The position numbers and the translations under genes are program-made. From the sequence record OZ195934.1: 64,000 bases of DNA, one strand, 5' to 3'. The notes below the pieces were generated by a model that made no database searches, had not been told where the DNA came from, and saw only the letters and a program-made list of their open reading frames with translations. Within the stretch, counting starts at the first letter, position 1. Every line of letters starts with the position of its first letter. Shown here piece after piece: positions 9,170 through 19,197 of the stretch.

Positions 9170-11947
9170 TTATAAGCCCAGAATTTTCTTCCACCAAGGT
9201 TTTTTAAGCTCGTGTACTTCGCTCTGAAGCGTCTCAACTTTCTCGTTAAGCTCTTTAATCGATTCAATCAAAAGACCGCTTAGATTGCCGTACGCGACGC
9301 TTAAATGGTCTTCACCCTCGACAACAGCCTCAGGTAGAACAGCTTGCACCTCTTGAGCAATCACGCCCGTTTGTCGGTCGCAATCAACATCCGCACGATC
9401 AAACGTATACCCGTTCAATTGAGTCACTTTATCAAGAGCATCATCGATCTTCTCGATGTTCTTCTTCAAGCGAATATCAGAGTATGCAGTAACGTTACCA
9501 GAACACGTGAAATCACCGCCAGTCACTGACAGCAAGTTAGACGCTGAACAATCCAATCGAATATCATAGTCGGCGGTACTATTCGTCGTATGAAAATCAA
9601 TATATCTCGCGACTTCAAGAACACCCGATGTTGATACCTTTCCTAGATACTTCCCTGCGATGTCAGCATATGTTTGCAGCGTTGCAAACTCGCTATATTG
9701 CGCAAATCGCGCATCAGATTCTGTTTCGGTGTAGTAACGACCATCATGCGAGTGACTATCGTTTGCAACAGTAGTCGTAATCGATACTGTTTTGTTTCCA
9801 CTACCGTCAACTGACATACTAGCAGAACCTGACACGTCACCTGTAAGTGTCGTTGTCAACGTACGAGCAGTTGTCCATTTATCAGCATTCGGGTGATAGT
9901 TGTCCATGAAAATGCGTTGTTGCGCATGATCAGCAGCCGTTGTGCTCGTGTTGTTTCGATACGCGTAATGCAGTTGGTCAATAGCACCAGTCTCTGAATA
10001 TAGCGTATGTCTGAACTTCGAGCCGCCATTATGACCCCACTGAATCCAGTTGATAAATGCAGTAGTTGGTGCGCCTGCAACATTCGAAGCTGAACCCGTT
10101 CTGAATTCATCAGTTTGAGTATTCCAGTTCGCGTTTAGCGGGTCTAGTCGTGTGTGCATGTGACTATCGTTTGCAACAGTTGTCGTGATCGATACTGTTT
10201 TGTTCCCACTACCATCGACTGACATACTAGCAGAACCCGTGACATCACCAGTTAGCGTTGTTGTCAACGTTCTTGCAGTTGTCCATTTCGCCGCGCTAGT
10301 CGCAGTAGAAGCATTACCCTGAAGTGCACCGACAAATTTAACCGCATTCACTGTACCGTCATTCAACGTCATAAAGATGCGTTTAACAAACGAATCAGTT
10401 TCGTAGAAATTAACTTCGTTATCAGAGCCGATTTCTAGTGTTCCAGACGCAGGTCCTTGTCTAACAAACGACCACGCCCCGTTAAACCCAGACGCGGCTT
10501 CGTTTAGATGACCGAAGTACAGACCTTTATACGAAGATGAACCCCACTGAATCGAACCAGTCATAGTATCGCCAGACTTCGCTACATATCCCGCGCCGTT
10601 GATAGGCGCGAATCGAGAATCAGATTCTGTTTCAGTGTAGTAACGACCGTCATGCGAGTGACTATCGTTTGCAACAGTTACAGAAATTGTTGCGTTAGTT
10701 GAGCCATCCCATACTACTGAACCACTAGCATCACCTGATAGCGTCAGCGTACGCGCATTCGTCCATTTATCAGCATTTGGGTGATACGCATCGTGAAATG
10801 CACGTGCTGTAGCACCCAAGCCGATGTACAATTCACCAGCCGCAGTCAGATTTGCAGAACGCGTCCATGACCCATCTTTGTTGTATGAAACGCCGAAGAT
10901 CGTGCCAGTCGTTTCAGAATCCCCTAGTACGATTGCTTGATTCAACCCACCTTGGTCGTTGCGGATCGCAGACGCATTACCGTGAGTGAACGTAAATCCA
11001 TAGTCGTCTGTATAGATCTGCTCAAGTCTCATGTAATTGTCACCTGACACATTACCAACTTTAATCATACTATCTTCGACGACTAAATCACCAGTCATCG
11101 TATCACCTGCAACGTTCACATAACGCGCATCAGATTCTGTTTCAGTGTAGTAACGACCGTCATGCGAGTGACTATCGTTTGCAACCGTTACCGACAATGA
11201 AGCATTTGCAGATCCGTCCCATGACACTGAGCCACTAACGTCACCTGAAAGTGTTAGCGTTCTTGCCGTCGTCCATTTGTCAGCATTTGGGTGATACGCA
11301 TTGTGAAAAACGCGATTGCCTTGAAACTGAAATATAGTAGGCGTTACGTACAATCCATTTGTAGTAGTTGTACCAACATACAATTCACCATCAGTGCGAA
11401 CGCGAGACGAACCAAAGTAAATACCATCAGTGAACTCACCAGTATCGTTGATTCGTAGCCATGAATCGTACGAGCGAAATGCCGTCTTGCCGCGTAGATT
11501 GAAATTATCAACGTTTAGATTTACGACGTTAGTCTCAATCGACACACGCGTAGTTGATGTTGTATCTTCGCGAACTGTTAAATTGCCACCATCACCAACC
11601 ACGAACCATTTCTTCGAATCAGTCCAGTCCAGTAACGTCAAGCGAGGCGAGCTGCCTTGAATTTCAATATCATTACCAGAAGTAGTCAACTTACCGGTCA
11701 TTGCATCGCCATCTTTGCGCACATAACCAGCCGTATGAATCGGGGCAAATGTCGCGTTTGATTCTGTTTTTGTATATGCCGAAGTTGTCCCACCGTTGCC
11801 TAGTTCGCTTGGCAGTGGTGTGTCGTGTTCAGTAAAAATCTTATGACCGTTGTACAGAACTGTTTCGCCTTGAGGATCAAAGCGTAAGTTCCCTCCGTGC
11901 CATACTATGTTACCACCGATTGCGGTAGTAGATCTTAGTTCTGCCAT
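9170..11947 (-). CDS. Long tail fibre subunit with C-terminal S74 intramolecular chaperone
   Basis: Repeated YHPNADKWTTARTLT...VANDSH modules; AYSDIRLKKNI, RQTGVIAQEV, VAYGNL. Confidence 0.88.
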   Translation of the reverse strand: MAELRSTTAIGGNIVWHGGNLRFDPQGETVLYNGHKIFTEHDTPLPSELGNGGTTSAYTKTESNATFAPIHTAGYVRKDGDAMTGKLTTSGNDIEIQGSSPRLTLLDWTDSKKWFVVGDGGNLTVREDTTSTTRVSIETNVVNLNVDNFNLRGKTAFRSYDSWLRINDTGEFTDGIYFGSSRVRTDGELYVGTTTTNGLYVTPTIFQFQGNRVFHNAYHPNADKWTTARTLTLSGDVSGSVSWDGSANASLSVTVANDSHSHDGRYYTETESDARYVNVAGDTMTGDLVVEDSMIKVGNVSGDNYMRLEQIYTDDYGFTFTHGNASAIRNDQGGLNQAIVLGDSETTGTIFGVSYNKDGSWTRSANLTAAGELYIGLGATARAFHDAYHPNADKWTNARTLTLSGDASGSVVWDGSTNATISVTVANDSHSHDGRYYTETESDSRFAPINGAGYVAKSGDTMTGSIQWGSSSYKGLYFGHLNEAASGFNGAWSFVRQGPASGTLEIGSDNEVNFYETDSFVKRIFMTLNDGTVNAVKFVGALQGNASTATSAAKWTTARTLTTTLTGDVTGSASMSVDGSGNKTVSITTTVANDSHMHTRLDPLNANWNTQTDEFRTGSASNVAGAPTTAFINWIQWGHNGGSKFRHTLYSETGAIDQLHYAYRNNTSTTAADHAQQRIFMDNYHPNADKWTTARTLTTTLTGDVSGSASMSVDGSGNKTVSITTTVANDSHSHDGRYYTETESDARFAQYSEFATLQTYADIAGKYLGKVSTSGVLEVARYIDFHTTNSTADYDIRLDCSASNLLSVTGGDFTCSGNVTAYSDIRLKKNIEKIDDALDKVTQLNGYTFDRADVDCDRQTGVIAQEVQAVLPEAVVEGEDHLSVAYGNLSGLLIESIKELNEKVETLQSEVHELKKPWWKKILGL

Positions 11948-12018
11948 GTTATTGTCTCAGTTGTTCATTTATCATGTATTTATGCAGATATAAAAAAAGC
12001 CCCTTTCGGAGCTTTTCG

Positions 12019-13599
12019 TTATTTGAAAAGTCGTTTCCACCAAGGCTTCTTCAACTCATCAATTTGTTGTTGCTGTTCTTTGATCGCTTCGATTAGCAAG
12101 CCAACCATGTTCCCGTACGCGACGCTTAAGTGCTCTTTCCCTTCGACTACAGCCTCAGGAAGAACCGCTTGTACCTCTTGAGCAATTACACCCGTCTGTC
12201 TGCTATACTCGTTGTTATCATCATTCGTACGGTTGTACGTGATACCACGAATCTGTTTCACTTTCTCAAGTGGATTTTCGATAACTTCAATATCAGTCTT
12301 CAGTGCAATATCTGAATAAGCAGTGATGTTACCATAACAGTAGAAATCAGCAGCATTTGTAGATGAAGTCCCTGACAATATCAAGCCATTGCTTTCGTGT
12401 CGCAATTGGCATGCAGTATGCCCAGCTCTATGGAAGCCCATCGACGCGTCGCCCGCATCGCTATTCTGAATTTCAAACTGACCAGTCGTATAATTTGGAG
12501 TCGAGCCGACGTTATTCACGATCGACAGCTTGCCAGTCATCGTGTCGCCCGCTTTGTACGTATAGCGTGCATTCGATTCTGTCTCAGTATAATAGCGACC
12601 ATCATGCGTGTGACTATCGTTCGCAACAGTAACTGTTAGTGTTTGATTAGCCGAACCATCGATTGAAACACTACCACTTGCATCACCGCCTAATGTGATT
12701 GTACGAGCAGTCGCCCATTTCGTTGCAGACGATGCATTACCCGATAACGCTCCACTAAACGTTCCGGCAGTCACTGTACCCGTAACAGTGACACCACTTG
12801 TTGTAGTTTCAAGTTTCGTGCTGCTATTGTAATAAAGACGAATGCCTGCACTGTCAGTTGCTTGCCACAACCATACATTACTAGTGTCATCATACAGACC
12901 ACACGTAGTACCATCAGCCATCAACGACCAAACTGTCTCACTTGCGGTATTGTCAATGCATATACCAGCCCACCCCGACGTTTGCGACTCAACCACTAGC
13001 AGGTCTGGTCGATGAGAAGCTTCACCGAGTTTAACACCAGACCCCAATGTGATTGACGTACCACTCAGATTCGTAAATGTATCAGTTGCATCAGAACGCA
13101 AAAACGATGTTGAATTGATGCCATCCAGCAACTGAGCATCGGCTGCTTTTGCAACAGTCACAGACAATGAAGCATTTGCAGAGCCGTCCCAAGACACAGA
13201 ACCGCTCACATCGCCCGTCAGCGTCAACGTACGAGCCGTTGTCCACTTATCTGCGTTAGGGTGGTACGTATCATGAAACACGCGCTGACCCGTTGCATAG
13301 ATTTCCCCCTCGACTTGCAAGTTAACCGTCGCAGCAGTCGAGCCACTTGAACGCAAGATTAGCGCCTGACCAGACCCGTATATATCACCGTCAGTGATTT
13401 CGTGAATCAACTCAGCATTTTGAGCTGCGCTAGTTGTCCACTCGATGCCGGAATTTCCTGTAGCGTAGTTAGTTTCTTCTATAACGAGGCGAGTGCTCAC
13501 ACCGCTAACAACTAAACTTTCGACACTTACATCTTTCAAAGACGCGATTCCGGTCACGTCGATGCTACCATATACTTTAGTAGGGCCTAACTTAGCCAT
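12019..13599 (-). CDS. Second tail fibre subunit with S74 chaperone
   Basis: Same repeat modules; AYSDIALKTDI...GVIAQEV...VAYGNMVG. Confidence 0.85.
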   Translation of the reverse strand: MAKLGPTKVYGSIDVTGIASLKDVSVESLVVSGVSTRLVIEETNYATGNSGIEWTTSAAQNAELIHEITDGDIYGSGQALILRSSGSTAATVNLQVEGEIYATGQRVFHDTYHPNADKWTTARTLTLTGDVSGSVSWDGSANASLSVTVAKAADAQLLDGINSTSFLRSDATDTFTNLSGTSITLGSGVKLGEASHRPDLLVVESQTSGWAGICIDNTASETVWSLMADGTTCGLYDDTSNVWLWQATDSAGIRLYYNSSTKLETTTSGVTVTGTVTAGTFSGALSGNASSATKWATARTITLGGDASGSVSIDGSANQTLTVTVANDSHTHDGRYYTETESNARYTYKAGDTMTGKLSIVNNVGSTPNYTTGQFEIQNSDAGDASMGFHRAGHTACQLRHESNGLILSGTSSTNAADFYCYGNITAYSDIALKTDIEVIENPLEKVKQIRGITYNRTNDDNNEYSRQTGVIAQEVQAVLPEAVVEGKEHLSVAYGNMVGLLIEAIKEQQQQIDELKKPWWKRLFK

Positions 13600-13635
13600 A
13601 AGATTCCTCGTAAAAAAATTAATTCAATGAGATAT

Positions 13636-16600
13636 TTATACCTCATTGAACTCATTGAACATAGCGTCACCATTTGCACCGAAGCTCACATTCCCATTAT
13701 AGTCAACATCTTCACCGTAACTCGGAAGCAGGGGCATTGACTCAGAGCCAGAAAGCAACTCTTCTAGTGTCGGTTGACTGCCGTCCATTACGTCGATTCG
13801 GGGTCTATAAAAGAACTGTTCAGTGTCAGTAGCAGAGCTTTGATACATAAACGCACGCATGTAGTTTTCAGTTGCACCGTCACCCATTGCGTAGTTCGTA
13901 TTAATGCTACTCAAACGATTCCCGTCAACATCGTATATGCCATGATCAATATACGTGTCGTTGTCAGTCGTTCCGTTTGCATATACGTAAGCAACAAGAA
14001 GCACCCATTCATTGTCAAAGTAATTTGTACCGTAATCAAAGTATGGATTCGTGTTTGCAGATCCACTCAAGTTATTTGTCCTTGACCCATTACACCCAAC
14101 ATACCAGTTGCCGTTACCACTCACGCTACGTCGCATCCACAGAGTAAATCTATGATGCTTCGCAGGGTTCATATTAACGTCATGTGCATAAAATCCACCT
14201 GATTGAGTCGTCGAATCTTCTTTATAACCGCGCCACATCACGTCGTCTTCACCCCATGGGTTTTTCGCAACTGCAATGATCGCATTAGAGCCATACACAT
14301 CAAATCCCGGCTGACTTCCTGTGGTTTCTAATGTCCATGTTGAATAGTCAAGCAATCCCGGACGATAATAGCTCTCGACTATCTCACCTGCGTGCATAAC
14401 ACCATCTTTAGTAACTTGCGGCTTATGAAATCCACCAGTCGCAGCGTATTCTTTCGTGTAGTACGAAATTGAACCACTTGAAGCATCATAACGACGTCCA
14501 TCAGAGAACTGAGTCAACAACTCGCCATTCTTGATGCCGATGAAACCCCATGTACCGCGAGACGCAATCGCATGATTCTCAGTGACCCCGAAGTATCGTT
14601 CGAAATATTCACGCAGTGTACCATCTTGCGTCGTACTTGCATCACATCGAGCAGCAGTCATCAGCCAACCATCTTCCATTCGATCAATCGCGTCTTTTAG
14701 ATGATTCGCAGCGGCTTGTGCTGAATCAGGAACATCGTTTGCCGAAGCGACAATCACTTCACCGTCGAACTCGTAATATTGAGCCGTTGTTCCAGAATAC
14801 GTATCAAGACCACCGAACGCACGAAGCGTCATTGTTTGATCGAATATACAGAAGTTAATACCGCGCCAAGAGTCAATATTACCCACCTTAACACCATTCA
14901 AATACGTGCCAGTATTGCCGCTTGAGCTGCTTCGAATCATCAGCGTATTTTCACCGTCATGGTCCCAACCCTCTTGAAACTCTACTGCATGTGCATTGCC
15001 TAGATTATCAACAGACGCCTTCACGTTGTACAAACGAGAAACTTCATCGACTGACAGTGCTTTACCATGAATCGAAACTTCAGTAATATCGCCATTGAAC
15101 GTAGCACCAGTCGTACTAGAATAAGGGTGCATATTCGCGCCAATAGTCCATACGTAGTTTTCTAGCGGCTGAATCACGCCTTCGCTATCAAGCGAGTTTG
15201 CAACTTCACGCACACCATCGACAAACATGTTAGCTAATCGCGTATCGTAATCAAACGTCCATACATAGTGATGCCATTCGCCATCATTAGTATGCGTCGA
15301 ACAAATCGGGTCACTTGAACCCCAACCGTGCATTCTAAATCGATTGCCTTCAAGACACAGCAAAATAGCACCACCAGAGACTTGACTTCCCTCAGTATAA
15401 ATGCCATCATCGTATTTCATGAATGGGTTACGATTATCACCTTGTGTTGTTCTAGCCCAGAATGCAACTGATACTTGACGCGACATGTGATTCGCAGTTG
15501 TTCGAATATGTCTTCGAATATCATTCCAACCAGTACGTCCCGAAGACGGGAAGTGAAAATGACCAGAACCGCGTTCAGTGTCGTTCTCAACATAAGATGG
15601 CGCATAGTCGTATTCAAGAAGAGCATTGTTCTCTAGACCAGTCATATCAGAGACGATAACATCGTCAGCACTGAATTTGCGATATGGGTTTGCCACGTCA
15701 CGATGGCATTCAAATTGAATGTCTTTCGCTTCCATCGTCGCGCCCTCGACTGAGTAATGACCATAGAAGTAAATCGTAATAGAACGATTCACATCAGTGT
15801 CAGAGCCAACAGTCGTCGTATACGATTTGCGTTCCCATTCACCTGCAACGTTTTGCGTGTGTGTTATCTTACCAGATTCCCACTTTGTAGAGTTATCAGC
15901 TCGACGCGTGTAAAATCCAACGTTGAACGTCGCGCCAGTGTGAGTTGAACGCTGCGTCCATGAGACTGTGATTCGGTCGCCAACTTCAAGACCATAATCA
16001 ACTAAATTCCCATGACCGCATGAGATACCCATCCAACGATCCCCGTAACCAAAACGCTGATTATCATTGATATGGCGCATTACAGCTTTACCGTCAATAT
16101 TCACCCATTTCGCGTGATAGCCAATTTCCGGATCAGGGACGCCGCCATTGTAGCCACTTGACCAACTTTCACACAAGATCGCGTCTTTGTTCAGTTCAGT
16201 GTCCCATGTTCCGTTGACGTACGCAGCACCCGGTAGAAAATCAGGGTTACGCGTGCTGTTACGCGGTAGAAACTCGTTCGCCCCGTTCATGTTCCACTTT
16301 GCAACTGTCCCAAGTGCGATGTCTTTCATTTCACGATCTGAAATCGCGTTGTCGTAAAAGCGAACATCTTGCAATCGCACACGAGCACTCGTGTGAGCAA
16401 TCAATGTCACTGCCCCAGTAGGTGGTGATATATCATTCGATACGTTAAACATACGATCAAACTCTGCGTTGATGTATATGCTAACTCTCGTCGGAGTTCT
16501 GCGTATTGTTACGTGATGCCAATCAGCAATAGGCCCGACCCGATAATTGGTTGTAACAACCCCATTACCACTAGTTGCGCCATTGAACCAGTTACACCAG

Positions 16601-16920
16601 TAATCATATTGATTGACATCATCATCAATATTACCACGCTCAAAACGCACCGTTGCTGCGCCAGTCGATGGTTGATAGCTAACAATGTCAGCCCAATCAG
16701 ACCCATCAGAATCACCTTGCACCCAGAAACACAATGTAGCCTCGTCGCCTGAGAGAACTTGATCAAGTTGTTCATTTTTATCGATGTGCAATGTACTCTC
16801 AAGTACATTGCCCCCAATCACACCATTTCCGCTTGTCGAATTTGCACCATGTGCGTGATTCTCAAACCCACTCCAGTCATTGGTGTCTTTGTGGAGCGGG
16901 TACCATGCTAATAATGCCAT
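13636..16920 (-). CDS. Tail-fibre-associated multi-lectin protein (LamG/ConA-like and ILEI/PANDER-like domains)
   Basis: DWHHVT/EWHHYVW...VDG, LQDVRFYDNAIS LamG-type motifs; RGINFCIFD...RGTWGFIGIK. Confidence 0.7.
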   Translation of the reverse strand: MALLAWYPLHKDTNDWSGFENHAHGANSTSGNGVIGGNVLESTLHIDKNEQLDQVLSGDEATLCFWVQGDSDGSDWADIVSYQPSTGAATVRFERGNIDDDVNQYDYWCNWFNGATSGNGVVTTNYRVGPIADWHHVTIRRTPTRVSIYINAEFDRMFNVSNDISPPTGAVTLIAHTSARVRLQDVRFYDNAISDREMKDIALGTVAKWNMNGANEFLPRNSTRNPDFLPGAAYVNGTWDTELNKDAILCESWSSGYNGGVPDPEIGYHAKWVNIDGKAVMRHINDNQRFGYGDRWMGISCGHGNLVDYGLEVGDRITVSWTQRSTHTGATFNVGFYTRRADNSTKWESGKITHTQNVAGEWERKSYTTTVGSDTDVNRSITIYFYGHYSVEGATMEAKDIQFECHRDVANPYRKFSADDVIVSDMTGLENNALLEYDYAPSYVENDTERGSGHFHFPSSGRTGWNDIRRHIRTTANHMSRQVSVAFWARTTQGDNRNPFMKYDDGIYTEGSQVSGGAILLCLEGNRFRMHGWGSSDPICSTHTNDGEWHHYVWTFDYDTRLANMFVDGVREVANSLDSEGVIQPLENYVWTIGANMHPYSSTTGATFNGDITEVSIHGKALSVDEVSRLYNVKASVDNLGNAHAVEFQEGWDHDGENTLMIRSSSSGNTGTYLNGVKVGNIDSWRGINFCIFDQTMTLRAFGGLDTYSGTTAQYYEFDGEVIVASANDVPDSAQAAANHLKDAIDRMEDGWLMTAARCDASTTQDGTLREYFERYFGVTENHAIASRGTWGFIGIKNGELLTQFSDGRRYDASSGSISYYTKEYAATGGFHKPQVTKDGVMHAGEIVESYYRPGLLDYSTWTLETTGSQPGFDVYGSNAIIAVAKNPWGEDDVMWRGYKEDSTTQSGGFYAHDVNMNPAKHHRFTLWMRRSVSGNGNWYVGCNGSRTNNLSGSANTNPYFDYGTNYFDNEWVLLVAYVYANGTTDNDTYIDHGIYDVDGNRLSSINTNYAMGDGATENYMRAFMYQSSATDTEQFFYRPRIDVMDGSQPTLEELLSGSESMPLLPSYGEDVDYNGNVSFGANGDAMFNEFNEV

Positions 16921-16929
16921 TGTATTACC

Positions 16930-18570
16930 TTATGCAAAAATAAAGTCAATTGAGTTCGTTGAAGAATTGTACTCAATCGACGCTGTTCCATCGTCAAATT
17001 TCATTTCAGAACGACCATCGTGTTGCACGATACTATCGTTGTACGTCATTGCGTCTGTATTACTCGCACTTGATGTTGAATCAATTCGAAGCGTATTCCT
17101 ACTACCTGCACCTGCACGCAATTCGATACCCTCAGTCGGACCCGTGCCGTCACCATCAGCTTGTATGATTACACTCGCATTACTTTGCAATGTCGGACCC
17201 GCATTACCGCCCATCAAATCTAAGAAGTAACCAGTTGATGTACCGACAACCCACGCACTACCCATCGTCAAGTTACCAGTCATTGTGTCGCCCGATGCGT
17301 TTACATAACGACCATCAAGTTTTGACGTGTAGTTGCCCATGTGAACAACATCATGTCCGTTAAACTCAAGCGAATTCACATTAGCTGCGCCACCTGCTAC
17401 GCGTAGCGTATTCAAACCAGCTTTCAAGTTCAAGTATCGAGTAGTTTCATTATCGTTCGAGTCTGCTTCGATTGTGATGTCACCAACCGACTCCATCCAA
17501 ATATTCGTCGAATTGAATTTCAATGCGTAGCTCGAAGACTCACCCTCGAATCCGTAACCCGAATCAAATGTGATATTCGACCCCTTCATGTCCAAGCCAC
17601 CGTTGGCAAGAAATTCCCACTTGTTACCAGTCATTCGGTTACCACGAACGCTAATCAACGAGCCGCTTGCCTCACCTAGATACGTCGTGTCTGAATAAAG
17701 ATACGTCGTACCAACACTTGATTGAATGTAGAAATCACCATCTTTGAACGCTGTACGACCCGCAAGATCGCTGAAGAAATAGCCATTGCCTTTAGTATCA
17801 CCGATATACAAACGTTCGTCGGCAATCAAATGATTTGATGCACGAATGTTACCGATACCCTTCCATTCATATGAGTTCATACCCAAACGCGTGAACTGAA
17901 CGATATCATCACCATTATCGTTATTGATGTATCGGACGTTACCGTCTGCAATAGTCCCACCGAAAGTCATCCACGTGCCACCAGTACCGCTGTACTCAAT
18001 AGAACTCTTGGCGTCAATCCCCGCGTTGAATATCACAGCACCGGTAAACGTATCGCCTGCAACGTTAGCATAACGACCGTCTAGTGTTGAGTTAATGTTG
18101 TCAGTGTGCAGCATCATTCGATGAGCTGAACCGTCATAATACTGAAATTCACCGTCATGACCGAACTGCCAGTATTTCGGGTTCGAACCGTACGTACTTG
18201 CAATTCTCAACTCATTGCCCGTTAGCCCCGACGTGGTCCCGACGTAACGAATTTCCCACGAATATGATGTACTAGCCGTACCATTACCCATCGCAATCCA
18301 GTTGTCATAACCGCCAAGGTCGGGGTGTGTTAAGTCTAGAGCACATCCATTAATGACAGGGATGTTTAACGTACCAGACATCGTATCACCGCTACGCTTA
18401 ACAACAGATTCGGTCAAATCAGTATGCGGGTCTGGCTTATCGTTTTCGGTGAATACTTTATAGCCGTCGTAAAGTACAGTCTCGCCCTGTGGGTCAAAAC
18501 GTAAATTACCTCCATGCCATACTATGTTACCGCCAATTGCGGTAGTTGATCTTAATTCTGCCATTAGCAT
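16930..18570 (-). CDS. Tail fibre subunit
   Basis: N-terminus MAELRSTTAIGGNIVWHGGNLRFDPQGETV identical to ORF 9170-11947; GRYVNxSGDTMTG repeats. Confidence 0.8.
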   Translation of the reverse strand: MLMAELRSTTAIGGNIVWHGGNLRFDPQGETVLYDGYKVFTENDKPDPHTDLTESVVKRSGDTMSGTLNIPVINGCALDLTHPDLGGYDNWIAMGNGTASTSYSWEIRYVGTTSGLTGNELRIASTYGSNPKYWQFGHDGEFQYYDGSAHRMMLHTDNINSTLDGRYANVAGDTFTGAVIFNAGIDAKSSIEYSGTGGTWMTFGGTIADGNVRYINNDNGDDIVQFTRLGMNSYEWKGIGNIRASNHLIADERLYIGDTKGNGYFFSDLAGRTAFKDGDFYIQSSVGTTYLYSDTTYLGEASGSLISVRGNRMTGNKWEFLANGGLDMKGSNITFDSGYGFEGESSSYALKFNSTNIWMESVGDITIEADSNDNETTRYLNLKAGLNTLRVAGGAANVNSLEFNGHDVVHMGNYTSKLDGRYVNASGDTMTGNLTMGSAWVVGTSTGYFLDLMGGNAGPTLQSNASVIIQADGDGTGPTEGIELRAGAGSRNTLRIDSTSSASNTDAMTYNDSIVQHDGRSEMKFDDGTASIEYNSSTNSIDFIFA

Positions 18571-18611
18571 AATCCCATTTATTAGATATATGCTTGTATT
18601 TAGTATAGCCG

Positions 18612-18636
18612 AAAAAAAGGACGCTATCTGCGTCCT
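18612..18636 (-). terminator. Rho-independent terminator
   Basis: AGGACGC-AGATA-GCGTCCT-T tract on minus strand. Confidence 0.8.
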
Positions 18637-19148
18637 TTAGTTTTGTTTCTTTTTAGTTTTCGTTTGAGCTTGCGAACTTCTTTACGCTTCGCGATTTTAT
18701 CAGCTCGTCGAACCGCGTCATAATCCGCAGCACAAGACGCTGCAAACGCATCGGGCTTGAATACTGGCTCTTGACCCACATATCCGAAGATCGTGCCCTT
18801 AGCTTCGTTATACGCGACGCTAGACTTGTGTTTAGGGTCTGGGTTAATGTCAACGTGTACTTCAAAGCCGCGAGGGCCGCACATTGGCTTAACTTTCAAC
18901 GCACATTCACCTGCTTTGTATACTTCGTTCATCAAGCGGCTACGAATACCATCAGTAGATGACATATAGGCTTTCTCAGTTTCGATTGTTTTGAATACTT
19001 GAGCGCCTTTACTGCCTTCCAAGTGAATTATGATTACAGTCGCGTAACTGATCATATCACTTTTTCGTTTACTGTCACACCCAACATAGATCGTGCTACT
19101 CGGGTGACTATTTTGAATCGCTGTTTCTACAGCTTCCCAATCGAACAT
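18624..19148 (-). CDS. YkuK/DUF458 RNase H-like protein
   Basis: IYVGCDS, YATVI, RLMNEV, VHVDIN, FKPDAFAASCAAD. Confidence 0.8.
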   Translation of the reverse strand: MFDWEAVETAIQNSHPSSTIYVGCDSKRKSDMISYATVIIIHLEGSKGAQVFKTIETEKAYMSSTDGIRSRLMNEVYKAGECALKVKPMCGPRGFEVHVDINPDPKHKSSVAYNEAKGTIFGYVGQEPVFKPDAFAASCAADYDAVRRADKIAKRKEVRKLKRKLKRNKTKGRR

Positions 19149-19163
19149 GTTTCACCTCGTTAC

Positions 19164-19189
19164 AAAAAAGGGTAGCGACGTGCTACCCT
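19164..19189 (-). terminator. Rho-independent terminator after DUF2828 gene
   Basis: AGGGTAGC-ACGTC-GCTACCCT-T tract. Confidence 0.8.
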
Positions 19190-19197
19190 CTGTGTAC

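Noticed and set aside
9170-18570. Diversity-generating retroelement or invertible cassette in the fibre genes
   Set aside because: No reverse transcriptase or invertase, and no adenine-specific template/variable repeat pair seen.
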